Below, piece by piece: positions 16,618 through 27,092 of a stretch of 64,000 nucleotides of DNA. The stretch comes from Candidatus Nomurabacteria bacterium (GTDB lineage Bacteria; Patescibacteriota; Minisyncoccia; Phycocordibacterales; SBAW01): positions 51,339 to 115,338 of the forward strand of contig CALQZS010000001.1 in assembly GCA_943349945.1 (NCBI GenBank). The letters are read 5' to 3'. Under the pieces are notes generated by a model. It was not told the origin of the DNA. It did no database searches and saw nothing but the letters and a program-made list of their open reading frames with translations. The number at the start of each line of letters is the position of its first letter. Position 1 is the stretch's first letter. The position numbers and the translations under genes are program-made.

Positions 16618-17010
16618 TTACCACACAAACAACGCACGGAATATCCCCCGCCACCAGCCCTCTTTTTCTGGAGCAGGAGGCGTTAGGGCGGCGCTGTCGC
16701 GCACTATTTCTATCTCGCCTTCGCCAGGCTTTACTACGCCATAACGTTGGCGTATCTGTGCCTCGGTCCCCCGCTCTGACGAAAGCTCTGCTACCGAAGC
16801 TGCCACTTTTACTCTTTGTGCCTCCAAGGTTGCCAACTCCCGCTCTGCCTCGCTTTGCCCAGCTGTCGCCGTAGCAAGTTTGCCATACATACCAGCCGCC
16901 GCGCGCACCGACGCCACCGTTACCACAAAAAGCACCAGAACCCCCACCACCTGGAGCAAGAAAACAGCTAGAGATTTTTGGCTACTTCGGTGCTTTTTAA
17001 ACTCGCGCAT
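16618..17010 (-). CDS. septum formation initiator (FtsB/DivIC-like)
   Basis: N-terminal TM segment, a coiled coil, and a YGVVKPGE motif. Confidence 0.55.
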   Translation of the reverse strand: MREFKKHRSSQKSLAVFLLQVVGVLVLFVVTVASVRAAAGMYGKLATATAGQSEAERELATLEAQRVKVAASVAELSSERGTEAQIRQRYGVVKPGEGEIEIVRDSAALTPPAPEKEGWWRGIFRALFVW

Positions 17011-17228
17011 ACCCCAAGTCAGAGGCCTCGTGCCGCACTCTGGTAATACTCTTTTCCTGGTTCCATAGGTCTATTTTGCCTCTAACGGGGCAAGTATGCT
17101 AGTCTAGTAAGTATGTTTGGAAAAAATAGACAGCGCTACATGCGGATGCTTGCCGGTGCTATTGGCATTGTCGTCATCGCAAGTATGATTTTGTCGTACT
17201 TCTCTCTTTTGATATAACCGGCTTATCC

Positions 17229-19013
17229 CTAGTCTGACTGTATCATCTTCAAAAAAACTTCCTCGGGGATGTTTACTCGGCCGCGCTCTTTCATGCGCTC
17301 CTTACCCTTCTTTTGCTTTTCGCGCAGCTTCATCTTGCGGGTAATATCGCCGCCATACATGTGTTGTGTTACATCTTTGCTCAAGGCAGAAAGCGTCCGC
17401 GACGACACAATGCGCCCAGACGCAAGCGCCTGTATTTTTGTAGCAAACTGCTGGCGTGGCAGTATTTTATATAACTTCTCTACCGCCCCCACAGACTCCT
17501 CGTCGGTGCGGTGCCGCGCAATAATACGCGAAAACGCTGGCACAGGCTCTTCTGCGACCGCTATGTCCATACGCACCACGTCCGCCACGCGCAATTCGCG
17601 AAACTCGTACGACACGGATGCATAGCCAGACGAAACGCTCTTAAGTTTGTCGAAAAAGTTACGCATCAACTCACGCAACGGCAACACCACCCGCACAATA
17701 ACCCGCCCTTCTGAAAAGGTTTCGGTCGACTCGGTAGCTGCCTCGTGCTCAAACAACAGTGGCATAAGCATGCCCAAATATTCCCCGGGCAAAATAATCT
17801 CTGCTTCTACAAACGGCTCCCATATCTGGGCGATGTCGCCGTGGTCTGGAAACTGCGTGGGAGAGTATACCGTGTGCCGCTTGCCGTCTTTTGTCTCTAC
17901 CTCGTAGGTTATAGTAGGCGAGGTGATAACCAACGACAGCCCTGCTTCGCGCCGCAGGCGTTCCGTCACAATCTCCAAGTGAAGCATCCCGAGCAGCCCG
18001 CAACGAAAGCCCCGCCCAAGCATACCCGACGACTCTTCTTCAAAAGAAAGTGACGAGTCCGACAAGCGCAACCGAGACAATGCCTGGCGCAAAGCAACAA
18101 AATCACCCTGGTTTTCTGGATACAGCGACGCCCACACCACCGGACGAGGCTCGGCATACCCCGCAAGCGGCTCCGACCGTGTCCCATGCGCCCGCACCGT
18201 GTCGCCGACTCTCGCCAAGCCCGGCTCTTTGATGCCTGTTACCACATACCCAATAGTCCCCACGCTCAAGCCCTCGGACAAAGCCACAGGGAGCGGCGTA
18301 AAGGTGCCCACCTCGAGTGCATTAAACTTGCGTCCGGTTGCGGCAAACTCCAGAGTGTCGCCTTTTTTTATCTGACCATCAAACATTCGCAGATACACAA
18401 TAACGCCTTGGTGGTCGGAATATTGAAAGTCGAACACGAGCGCACGCGGAGGCAAACTTTGCAAAGCAACTAAAGATTTTGGCGGCGGCACCTGTTCTAT
18501 CACCGCCTTAAGCAACTCTTCTACCCCTTCGCCTGTTTTGCCCGAGCAAGTCAAAATAGACTCCGGCTCTATGCTCAAAAGCTGCGCCACCTGCACCCGC
18601 ACATCGTCGGTGCGTGCAAGCGGCGAATCAATTTTAGAAATGGCTGGCACAATAACTAGCCCAAGCTCGCGGGCAGTGCGCAGCGTGGTTAGTGTTTGCG
18701 CCTGTACGCCCTGGGTCGCATCCACCAACAAAATAGCACCCTCCACCGCAGTAAGCGCGCGCGACACTTCATAAGAAAAGTCTATGTGCCCTGGAGTGTC
18801 TATGAGGTGCAGCGTATAACCCCCGTAGCGCATCCGCACCGGCTGCATTTTTATGGTGATGCCGCGTTCGCGTTCCAGCTCCATAGAGTCCAGCACTTGG
18901 TCGCGCATGCGCCGTGGCTCTATGGTGCCTGTACACTCCAAAAAGCGGTCAGCCAAGGTCGACTTACCGTGGTCTATGTGGGCAATAATGCTGAAATTCC
19001 GTACCTGTTGCAT
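17229..19013 (-). CDS. lepA: elongation factor 4 (LepA)
   Basis: [18 protein letters not shown] with GTPase G-motifs and the LepA C-terminal domain. Confidence 0.95.
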   Translation of the reverse strand: MQQVRNFSIIAHIDHGKSTLADRFLECTGTIEPRRMRDQVLDSMELERERGITIKMQPVRMRYGGYTLHLIDTPGHIDFSYEVSRALTAVEGAILLVDATQGVQAQTLTTLRTARELGLVIVPAISKIDSPLARTDDVRVQVAQLLSIEPESILTCSGKTGEGVEELLKAVIEQVPPPKSLVALQSLPPRALVFDFQYSDHQGVIVYLRMFDGQIKKGDTLEFAATGRKFNALEVGTFTPLPVALSEGLSVGTIGYVVTGIKEPGLARVGDTVRAHGTRSEPLAGYAEPRPVVWASLYPENQGDFVALRQALSRLRLSDSSLSFEEESSGMLGRGFRCGLLGMLHLEIVTERLRREAGLSLVITSPTITYEVETKDGKRHTVYSPTQFPDHGDIAQIWEPFVEAEIILPGEYLGMLMPLLFEHEAATESTETFSEGRVIVRVVLPLRELMRNFFDKLKSVSSGYASVSYEFRELRVADVVRMDIAVAEEPVPAFSRIIARHRTDEESVGAVEKLYKILPRQQFATKIQALASGRIVSSRTLSALSKDVTQHMYGGDITRKMKLREKQKKGKERMKERGRVNIPEEVFLKMIQSD

Positions 19014-19043
19014 TGTGCAGGCAGTCTACCATTTTTTGGCCCA

Positions 19044-20711
19044 CTATGACGAGATGTCTGTGGTTTCTAGCTGTGGCGGTGTCCCGCCAAATCGGCGCTT
19101 AAAGGCGCCCAGTGTCTCGGCCAATTCTTGGTTACCAAGGAGCCACAGCACGAGCGCTGTGGTCAAAAGCCCCGCTACCCCACCCATTGCTCCCTGTACG
19201 ATAAGCCCGAGGGCCGTGTTAATAGTCCCCACCGCGCCCGTAGCAGCCAAAACACCGTAGGCAACAGCCCCGCCGATAACTGACGCTGCAAAACTTTGGA
19301 ACAATAGTGTGTAGATAGAGCGAGACAGGTTAAAGTCTCGCATACACAGTACAAAACCGTATACAAATTGGACACTCGCGCCCACTGCAGCCCCCAACGC
19401 CAACATGAGCACAACGGTCCCTGGAACCCCATTTACACGCAGCAGCGTTTCCACAAATGCACGGACCATATCGCTCGATAAAAACACTTGCACAAACAAA
19501 AGAGCCGACCCTACAGTGGTCAACACGCCCGCAGCGGCAAAGTAAAGCGGTTTGCGTGTATTCCCCGCAGCGTAGTATGCGCGGGCGATGAGCATCGTTG
19601 CCGACTGTGCGGCCAGAGATACGATAAACAGCGCGAGCGCTGCGGCAGTTAGCCGTGTTGCATCCCAACTAAATGCACCAGCACCCAAAATGACCCGCAC
19701 CAACTGCGCGCGCAATACCACAACCATAATCGTTGCGGGTATAGACCAAAAGAAAATATGTCGCAGTGCAACTTCAACATAGCGAGCGAATGCTGCTCTT
19801 TCTCCTGCGGCATGAAGGCTTGCTAGTGTAGGAAAGGCGGCGACAGAATAGGACACACCAATAATAGTCAGCGGTACTGCTTGCAGACTATATGCAAACA
19901 TAAACACTGCAATAGAGCCTGCGGTAAAGTACGACGCAACCCCCACCAACAACAACAGCGACAACTGCCCCGCACTAAGCGTCAAAGTCCGAGGCAAAGA
20001 CAGCGCCAAAACCCCCAACAACTCTTTACCTGCTGCACGCACAGGCAGCGTCTGCTGCGTTTTTTCTTTACAGAAAAATGGCAACTGCACCAACAAATGC
20101 AAGGCGGCACCGAGCACCACACCCCAGCCCAGTCCTGCGATGCCCATATATGGGTACAGTGCTACCACGCCCACAATTATTCCTATGTTATACAGCAGCG
20201 GAGACACTGCATATAGGAAAAACCGATGACGCATTTGTGTCAGCGCCGCAATCACATTTGAAGCACCGAGCAGTATAGGCTGCAGCAACAATATACGCAC
20301 CAAACTGACAAGATCTGGGTGGGTAATGCCCGGCACCACCCACGGCACCACCCACGGTGCCGTTATATACAGCACACCCGCAACTGCTCCCATGACGACA
20401 AAAAACACAAACAAGGCTTGGCGCAAAAAAGACACTACAAGTCCTTGGTGTTTTTGCTCAAGACGAGACAATACCGGCAGCAGTGCGTATAGAGAAAGCA
20501 AGGATGCCACCGTGGCAAACAAAAAGTCAGGTATCCGAAACGCAGCGTAGTACACATCGAGTGTCTGTGATGCACCAAACGTGGACGCAAGCAACCGGTC
20601 GCGCACCAACGCCAACAACTGCGACCCTAGGGCAAAAGCAGCCAGTACGTACGCAGCCTCATGCATACCGCGCACCTCACGATTGACTGCTGCTAAAAAT
20701 GCCCCAACCAT
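19044..20711 (-). CDS. murJ: lipid II flippase MurJ
   Basis: [12 protein letters not shown]...YYAAFRIPD and a 14-TM-like profile. Confidence 0.85.
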   Translation of the reverse strand: MVGAFLAAVNREVRGMHEAAYVLAAFALGSQLLALVRDRLLASTFGASQTLDVYYAAFRIPDFLFATVASLLSLYALLPVLSRLEQKHQGLVVSFLRQALFVFFVVMGAVAGVLYITAPWVVPWVVPGITHPDLVSLVRILLLQPILLGASNVIAALTQMRHRFFLYAVSPLLYNIGIIVGVVALYPYMGIAGLGWGVVLGAALHLLVQLPFFCKEKTQQTLPVRAAGKELLGVLALSLPRTLTLSAGQLSLLLLVGVASYFTAGSIAVFMFAYSLQAVPLTIIGVSYSVAAFPTLASLHAAGERAAFARYVEVALRHIFFWSIPATIMVVVLRAQLVRVILGAGAFSWDATRLTAAALALFIVSLAAQSATMLIARAYYAAGNTRKPLYFAAAGVLTTVGSALLFVQVFLSSDMVRAFVETLLRVNGVPGTVVLMLALGAAVGASVQFVYGFVLCMRDFNLSRSIYTLLFQSFAASVIGGAVAYGVLAATGAVGTINTALGLIVQGAMGGVAGLLTTALVLWLLGNQELAETLGAFKRRFGGTPPQLETTDISS

Positions 20712-20714
20712 ACC

Positions 20715-23093
20715 TTACTGCGCAATAGGAGCTGTAGTGCGCTCTTGCGGTGCGTCGGTTACAGGAGGTTGCGCATTTTCAAACGGAGGCTTCCCTGCGC
20801 GCAGGTTGCTCAAGATGAGTTTAACCTCTTGGTTGTCTGGATTTGTTTTTTCTAGATCCACAAACTGCTGCAGTGCCTCTTGTGTGCGTCCCTGCGCTGC
20901 GTACGACAACCCCAAAAAGTATTTAGCGTTTGCAAACTCCGGCTGTATCTTAACCGCCTGCTCGAAGACAGGTAGTGCGTTAGCTGTATCGTTTGCACTA
21001 TAGTGCAACAGTCCTAGCTCAAACCAAATTGCCGGCACACCAGGCGCACTGCGCACGGCAGCCTGCGCCGCCCGAATAGCGTTAGGTATGTCTTTGTTAG
21101 CAACATTCAGTTGCACCAAAAAGAGTATGGCGTCTGTGTAGTCTGCCTTGAGTGTGAGCGAGCGCGACAAGTGCGTCTCTATTGCCGCCAAGCCACCACC
21201 TTGCGTTGCCGCAAGCCGCGCGAGTGCCAGCGGTATTTCAGGACTGGTTGGGTGTAGCAGCGCCGCCTGTTGATACATTTTTTCTGCACTCTCTGTAGCA
21301 CCCGAGACGCCCACAGACGCCAAGAGGCTGTATATTCTACCTAGCGCCACATAGCCACGGTAGTCATTTGGAGCAGCAGCAAGTACCTGTAGTCCCAGGG
21401 GAACAACCTTTTCTACCTCGCTTCTAAACTGTTCTTGCTCTGCAGCTGAGGGCGACTCTATTGCAGCAATTCTTTGCAAGTTTGCACCATGCGCCGCTGT
21501 TTGCAGACGTGCCAAATCTTGTATTGGTTTTATTTTTTGTGCTTTTGCTGCAAGCATAAGTGCTTTTTCTGTGTCCCCTTGCGACAAAGCTTCTGCTCCT
21601 TTGTTGACATACCCTTGCGCCACAGCTTGCCGAGCAACCACGGCAGCCAACCACAGAGCCGCTACTATAATTGCGAGTGAGACGACAGCGAGCAGTAATT
21701 GTCCAAACCGGGACAACCGAGTCTTCTCTGCAACAGCATGGCCTTTCATACAAAAACCAAATGTTGCACCAAAAAGTGTAAAGGCAAGCAGGATACTATT
21801 TTGACTTGGCACGTACAACAACATGCCGACCCAAAGCAATATACTCGAAACTCCTAAAGCCAACACCAACACCTTCTCGCTCACCGCAGGCGACCGTAGT
21901 GCCCGCAGCAGTCCAAATACCACCAAAAGGAGCGGCACGAACCAGGCCAGCACACCTAAAATGCCGACGCTCGCAAGCGCTGTAGCCAAGGTGCTAAACC
22001 CGACAGCAAAATCAAGGCTCCAAAACGGCGACTGATTTACTTCGAGCGGCTTGTGCAGCAGCCAACTCTGTCCAAATGTCTGTGGTCCAGTACCCACCAA
22101 AAAACGCTCGACAGAAGTGCCGTGGGATAGGCGGGTGATGTCGAGAGTCGAACTGAATGCAGGCCGCACTTCCAAAGAGGATACTGGCAAAACACTGGTC
22201 AAGCTGGTGTTCACACTTGCTCCATACAACAAAAGTAGGGTGCTTATACCCGCACCCAAAAGCGGCACCCATGGCACATCAGCAAGCGTCCACTCGGCAG
22301 CATCGGTTGCCTGTTTGGAGAAAAAAGACCATAGCGCCAGCACCACACACACCCCAAGCACCATACCCCACACCAGCGGGAACTGTATGACCGCAAGTAG
22401 CAGCACGAGCACCAGTGCCAAGGCCCCGAGCAACAAGCGACGCACGGTGCTGAGACTTACAAACTCAAGCACGAACAAAACCAAAACCAGCAGTATGCCT
22501 GCCAATAATCCTAGGTCATTCCACTTGCCGATGAGGTTAATTGACCGGTCCGCAAAAACAGCGAAAGGCACCACACTTGTGCCGAAGAACATAACTACAT
22601 ATTGGAATAGCACTGGTGCAAGTATGCTGCCTGCAACGGTATACATAAGCGTCCGTGCCGCGCGTGCCGTAGCAAACAACCCGAACGCAAGCAAAAATGC
22701 CAGCGTCGACAAAGTAGTGAACAGCACTGTGTCTGTGTCGAACATGTACCCGACCAAACCAATGCTCCTGTCGACAGAGAAGTACCAAGAAACTAGATAC
22801 ACGAGCGGGAGCGCCACAACCAACAGAGCCGCACGAGACCCACGACTGTGCAAAAATTCACGCACCCCGCCGGCAAGCAAAAAGAACGTCAAAGAAACAG
22901 CCAAAAAAACTGCAAAAATAGCAACTTTGCCCAATTGCAGTGGAAACCAAACACTAGGAATAATAAAAAGTATCGAAAACACGGTACCGGACAGATACGT
23001 ATAGCGCGCCCAAGACATAAGACTTTGTGGTTTCATATATGGATTAGTATACTGCATCTCCCCTGTTGTGCGGAGTGACAAAATCCACAGCAA
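20715..23093 (-). CDS. O-antigen ligase/polymerase-like membrane protein with C-terminal TPR repeats
   Basis: Multi-TM N-terminal domain and a C-terminal block of TPR-like repeats (ALGRIYSLL, YFLGLSYAAQG). Confidence 0.55.
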   Translation of the reverse strand: MLWILSLRTTGEMQYTNPYMKPQSLMSWARYTYLSGTVFSILFIIPSVWFPLQLGKVAIFAVFLAVSLTFFLLAGGVREFLHSRGSRAALLVVALPLVYLVSWYFSVDRSIGLVGYMFDTDTVLFTTLSTLAFLLAFGLFATARAARTLMYTVAGSILAPVLFQYVVMFFGTSVVPFAVFADRSINLIGKWNDLGLLAGILLVLVLFVLEFVSLSTVRRLLLGALALVLVLLLAVIQFPLVWGMVLGVCVVLALWSFFSKQATDAAEWTLADVPWVPLLGAGISTLLLLYGASVNTSLTSVLPVSSLEVRPAFSSTLDITRLSHGTSVERFLVGTGPQTFGQSWLLHKPLEVNQSPFWSLDFAVGFSTLATALASVGILGVLAWFVPLLLVVFGLLRALRSPAVSEKVLVLALGVSSILLWVGMLLYVPSQNSILLAFTLFGATFGFCMKGHAVAEKTRLSRFGQLLLAVVSLAIIVAALWLAAVVARQAVAQGYVNKGAEALSQGDTEKALMLAAKAQKIKPIQDLARLQTAAHGANLQRIAAIESPSAAEQEQFRSEVEKVVPLGLQVLAAAPNDYRGYVALGRIYSLLASVGVSGATESAEKMYQQAALLHPTSPEIPLALARLAATQGGGLAAIETHLSRSLTLKADYTDAILFLVQLNVANKDIPNAIRAAQAAVRSAPGVPAIWFELGLLHYSANDTANALPVFEQAVKIQPEFANAKYFLGLSYAAQGRTQEALQQFVDLEKTNPDNQEVKLILSNLRAGKPPFENAQPPVTDAPQERTTAPIAQ

Positions 23094-23096
23094 ACG

Positions 23097-23490
23097 CCCC
23101 GCTTTTGGCGGGGCGTCTACAATATCTAGCGCGCGCGTCTGTAAGCCGAGTTCTGTCTCCGCCGGTTGGCGGAAGCAACAATTTATCTAGCTCGGGCGTT
23201 ACCGCCCGAGTCAAGCGGCACTCCCACACAAGGTGGGCACGGCCTTGCACTTGGACAAGGATTTAGCTCCGACACCCCGAAGGGGTCGGAGTCCCGGTTT
23301 ATTACGTCGGGACCGTTTCACTCCCACTGAAGGGACTCGTCTCTGTTCGCACCTCTGGTGCCCGCTAGCAGCACCCGATGGGGATTACCCACTGCCTGTC
23401 TGCACTCCACATTTCTGTAGAGGCAAGTGCTCGGACTTTCCTCTCTGACTATTCGTCAGAGCTGTTACTCGACGCGCTCTCTATATTGTA
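23097..23490 (-). ncRNA. rnpB: RNase P RNA (bacterial type)
   Basis: On the minus strand: P4 region GAGGAAAGTCCGAGCAC, GGGAGTGAAACGG, ACAGAACTCGGCTTACAG, and P1 pairing between the 23471-23490 and 23120-23140 regions. A hairpin follows at 23095-23116. Ends are approximate. Confidence 0.75.
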
Positions 23491-23929
23491 CCACAATTTT
23501 TTGCCCAACGCCAATGCCCGCCGCGGCAATATAGCCCGCAGGAACCTCCAGCACATAGCGCGCAGGCGCGTGTGGATAAAAAATCTTGGGGTAGGTATTG
23601 GGAGTAACATTTGGCCATACGGTCACAATCATCCCGTCGTCATCTGCCCAAATAATATCAATCGCAAATCGCATATCCTTCATCCAAAAACCCCACTTTC
23701 CAACTTGTGGAAACACAAACAGCATGCCGCTCCCTTGGGCGAGCGACTCCCGCCCAGAGAGTCCTTGTTGGCGCTTTGCCGGAGTATCTGCAACATCCAC
23801 CACCAATGTGTTACTACCGACAGTGATGCGTTCTGCTGTAGGCGCGGGCGTATGCTGCACTTGAAATACGCCCCACACAAGCAAGGCGACAGCACAAAAA
23901 ACAATTAATCCGAGTATATATTTGATCAT
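23465..23929 (-). CDS. DUF192-domain protein, membrane-anchored
   Basis: MIKYILGLIVF anchor and MLFVF...WMKDMRFAIDIIW motifs. The last ~9 codons overlap the inferred rnpB 5' end. Confidence 0.65.
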   Translation of the reverse strand: MIKYILGLIVFCAVALLVWGVFQVQHTPAPTAERITVGSNTLVVDVADTPAKRQQGLSGRESLAQGSGMLFVFPQVGKWGFWMKDMRFAIDIIWADDDGMIVTVWPNVTPNTYPKIFYPHAPARYVLEVPAGYIAAAGIGVGQKIVVQYRERVE

Positions 23930-25287
23930 AGTTGCCCACCGCAAGCGCGCAAAAATTGTTCGTGCATTTTTTGCAAATCGCCCTCGGGCATGGCGCCAAA
24001 CGTGTGTGCCGCATCTTCTGACTGGTCGCGAAATTGCTCGTCGCGCTCCAACACCCCAGGATGCACCTCGAACGTGCGCTTGTTCCATCCTAAAATGTAG
24101 AGTCCCGAAAGCCGACGCACACGCGAGAGCGCCACATACCCCTGCCCAAACTCGAAGGTATCGTGCAAGTCCATCACTGCTTCATCTAAACTCATACCCT
24201 GGCTTTTATGCACAGTAATGGCCCACGCTAGCCGCAGCGGCACTTGCGTGACTCGCGCATGCACCTTGCCCCCCTCTTCCACAGTCCACTCCATGGGTTC
24301 CACCTCGATAGAGCGCCCACTGCGGGTTACCACTGTCGGATATCCGTTGTAGCCACTAAACCCCTCAACCATACCGAGCGTGCCGTTGACGTAGCCCTCT
24401 TTGGGATTGTTTTTTGTAAACATAACTGACGCCCCTTTTTTGAGCTGTAAAACTTCCGGCGATATACAGCTTTTAACCAGCGCCGCCACTATTCCTGCAG
24501 TCCCCTGCGACGACATCGCAAATGACTTTTGGGTGCCGGGCAGCGCGCGCAGTGTCATATCGTTAATCCTGTCTACATCAGCATTGTGCGAAAAAAGTTT
24601 TGGTGCATTTTTGGGCACTTTGTGTGGCGCGACTTTGCGTGCGGCAATATGTTCTAGGTGTGTATCTCTAAATGTGTTTTTGCGTATCGCGTCGAGCACG
24701 CTCAAGTATGCATGGTCGTCTTGTCGGTGCTGTTCGGTTAGATAACACACAATAGGGTTTGCCCGTGCCCACACCGCGGCATCGTAGGCAAAGTGCGTGC
24801 GTGACTCGTCGACAAATAGGTCGTTATCTTCTTCTTGGGGCACGGCGCGCACAATAGGCGGTAGCTGAAAAAAGTCTCCAACCAACACCACTTGGAGCCC
24901 CCCAAAAGGTCGCGCACTACCTAACACTTCACGACACACCGCATCAACCATCGCAAGCGTGTTGTCGGCAAGCATCGACACCTCGTCGATAATTAAAATT
25001 TTGGTGCGGCGGATTTGCTTGACCACCCGCTCGAGCGAGGCGATGCGGTCAAGCTCGTAGGCATCGAGCTTTTGTTTGATGCCTATACCGCTCCAAGAAT
25101 GTACGGTCATGCCGCCTATATGCGTGGCGGCAATACCTGTAGAGGCGGTAATTGCCGGCTCTATACCCCGTGCACGCAACCATGCAATGTACTGGTTTAT
25201 AGTGTGCGTCTTGCCGGCCCCCGGCTCGCCGGTTAAAAACACATTTGCGCCAGTTTTGAGTATGTCGAGCGCTGTTTCTTGAGTCAT
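23926..25287 (-). CDS. PIF1/RecD-like ATP-dependent DNA helicase
   Basis: Walker A (GEPGAGKTH), ILIIDEVSM, VGDFFQLPP and HKSQGMSLD. Confidence 0.8.
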   Translation of the reverse strand: MTQETALDILKTGANVFLTGEPGAGKTHTINQYIAWLRARGIEPAITASTGIAATHIGGMTVHSWSGIGIKQKLDAYELDRIASLERVVKQIRRTKILIIDEVSMLADNTLAMVDAVCREVLGSARPFGGLQVVLVGDFFQLPPIVRAVPQEEDNDLFVDESRTHFAYDAAVWARANPIVCYLTEQHRQDDHAYLSVLDAIRKNTFRDTHLEHIAARKVAPHKVPKNAPKLFSHNADVDRINDMTLRALPGTQKSFAMSSQGTAGIVAALVKSCISPEVLQLKKGASVMFTKNNPKEGYVNGTLGMVEGFSGYNGYPTVVTRSGRSIEVEPMEWTVEEGGKVHARVTQVPLRLAWAITVHKSQGMSLDEAVMDLHDTFEFGQGYVALSRVRRLSGLYILGWNKRTFEVHPGVLERDEQFRDQSEDAAHTFGAMPEGDLQKMHEQFLRACGGQL

Positions 25288-25374
25288 AGGTATCTCAAAC
25301 TATACCAGAGAAGGCACGCCTGTGGTGGCTCGACCCAGATGCTGTAAAAGGCCCGAGGTTGTATACTGGTGTGT

Positions 25375-26067
25375 ATGGAATTAACACGCGGAAGTGCAGA
25401 GCTTGAAGCATTAAACGTACAGCTAAACAACGAAGAAGATTTGCTTGCCTATAAAAAGCCGCTCGACAACTACCACCCCGCGCTCGTACCGCGCTTACTG
25501 GGCCACACACTCGTGTGGTGCGGCAACACCGTGTACGGCAAGCGGCCATCGTATTTAAAATTCCGCGCAGTCGAGATTATTGCGCGCGTCCCCTACCACT
25601 CGTGGGCATCAGCTGCGTATACTATGTTGACGCTCTTTTACAATAACGAACAAAAAGCGATGCGCTTGTCCGAAACAGCAAAGTACGCACAACTTGCGCA
25701 AGACAATGAGACCATGCACGTCGTTGTTATATCGCAGCTAGCTAAACGCGAGCGTAAGGCTGGGTTTTTGCGCCACACGCTTGTACCGATGTTGTTTGCG
25801 TTTGTCTATTTTTGGGCATCATACTTGTTGTACTTGGTTAAACCGCGTTACTCGTACGAGCTTAACTACATGTTCGAAAACCATGCATTCGAACAATATA
25901 CTGAATTTATTCATCGCCATGAAGAGGGGCTTAAAAAGAAGCCTGTCGACAGCGCATTTCTTGCTTGGTATGGCCGCAACCCAGAAAATCAGTACGAGTT
26001 CTTTCGTTCTATACGCAACGACGAAATAATCCACCGCAACACCTCGATTGAAGAAATCGGAAGGTAA
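25375..26067 (+). CDS. alternative oxidase/plastid terminal oxidase-family di-iron carboxylate protein
   Basis: Four-helix ExxH signature: VEIIARVP, NETMH, ENHAFEQYTEF, RNDEIIHRN. Confidence 0.65.
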   Translation: MELTRGSAELEALNVQLNNEEDLLAYKKPLDNYHPALVPRLLGHTLVWCGNTVYGKRPSYLKFRAVEIIARVPYHSWASAAYTMLTLFYNNEQKAMRLSETAKYAQLAQDNETMHVVVISQLAKRERKAGFLRHTLVPMLFAFVYFWASYLLYLVKPRYSYELNYMFENHAFEQYTEFIHRHEEGLKKKPVDSAFLAWYGRNPENQYEFFRSIRNDEIIHRNTSIEEIGR

Positions 26068-26079
26068 AGTAAGGAGGGG

Positions 26080-26403
26080 TTAGCGGAGCTTTACCGCAGT
26101 CCCGTACGCTAAAATCTCGGCACCGCCACCAGCCACTTGCGACGTAGAGTAGCGCATACAGACAATAGCATCAGCACCCAACCCTTCCGCTTCCAAAAGC
26201 ATACGCTTGGTCGCCTCGTCGCGTGCAGACACAAACGCTTTTACATACCCCTTGATCTCGCCGCCAATAACGGAACGCAAGGATGCTACAATGTCGCTCC
26301 CTATGTGGCGTGTATAAATAGTATTGCCTTTAACCAATCCGAGAGTCTCTACAACCTCGCGCCCTGCAACCAATTCAGTAGTAGTGATGATGATATCTTT
26401 CAT
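26080..26403 (-). CDS. YbjQ/UPF0145-family protein
   Basis: 107-aa protein typical of the family (DIVASLRSVIGGE...YGTAV). Confidence 0.85.
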   Translation of the reverse strand: MKDIIITTTELVAGREVVETLGLVKGNTIYTRHIGSDIVASLRSVIGGEIKGYVKAFVSARDEATKRMLLEAEGLGADAIVCMRYSTSQVAGGGAEILAYGTAVKLR

Positions 26404-26433
26404 ATAACATTAGTATAGCAAATATAAAAAATA

Positions 26434-26455
26434 CCCCCGGGTTGTACCCCGGGGG
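26434..26455. terminator. intrinsic terminator (cccccggg ttgtac cccggggg) followed by a T-run on the minus strand
   Basis: GC hairpin followed by TATTTTTTATATTT in minus sense, downstream of the 26481..26741 gene. Confidence 0.6.
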
Positions 26456-26480
26456 CGTTGTATGCAGCAAACTGCTGCAA

Positions 26481-26741
26481 TTATACGTGCTGCATGTGTT
26501 CTGAAGTATATTTCTCCGCAATGGTCATACCCGGCCGGTAGACGAGCTCATGCCTGCCTGGCTTCTTTAGTTTGAAGCGCTCCTGTTGTACGTACACAAG
26601 GCCTTCTTCCGTTCGACGAATACGCTCGCAGAGAAAGACCCGACTGGTCAACACCAGCGCCTGCCCGATACCCGGAATATCGATTTCCGGAAGGCAAAAA
26701 CTGAACGAAGGCGGATATACTTTCTTAGGTTGCGACCACAT
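26481..26741 (-). CDS. hypothetical protein (86 aa)
   Basis: AAAGGAA RBS before the ATG, and a terminator directly downstream. No recognised motif. Confidence 0.35.
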   Translation of the reverse strand: MWSQPKKVYPPSFSFCLPEIDIPGIGQALVLTSRVFLCERIRRTEEGLVYVQQERFKLKKPGRHELVYRPGMTIAEKYTSEHMQHV

Positions 26742-26811
26742 TACGCGTTCCTTTGATAAATCTTGCAGGTACCATACCCTTAAATATAATACATCGAAAT
26801 ATAGAGAAGTA

Positions 26812-26893
26812 AAGCTGCGGAGGCGGAGAAACGATTCGGCTTCGATTCGCTGTCGCGCCGTCGCGCAACAGCGGTCTAGCCACCGCCTCGCAA
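26812..26893 (-). pseudogene. degenerate tRNA-Ser-like relic
   Basis: tgcggaggcggaga...gattcg matches the 3' end of tRNA-Ser(GGA) 190 nt away. Its 5' part (GCGAGGCGGTGGCTAGACC) is tRNA-like but cannot fold. Confidence 0.35.
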
Positions 26894-27007
26894 AAACTTT
26901 CTGCTGAAAGTTTTATGCTCCGGCGTTCGAATCTCTCACGCAAAGTACGCAGGTACTTTGCTCGCCTCTCGCAAAATCAAAACGCCCGTTTTGGGCGTTG
27001 GATTTTG

Positions 27008-27092
27008 CGGAGGCGGAGAGATTCGAACTCTCGGTGGGTTGCCCCACACAGACGTTCCAGGTCTGCGCACTAGACCACTATGCGACGCCTCC
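27008..27092 (-). tRNA. tRNA-Ser (anticodon GGA)
   Basis: GGAGGCGTCGCATAGTGGTCTAGTGCG, anticodon loop CTGGAAC, long variable arm, GAGTTCGAATCTC. CCA is not encoded. Confidence 0.85.
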
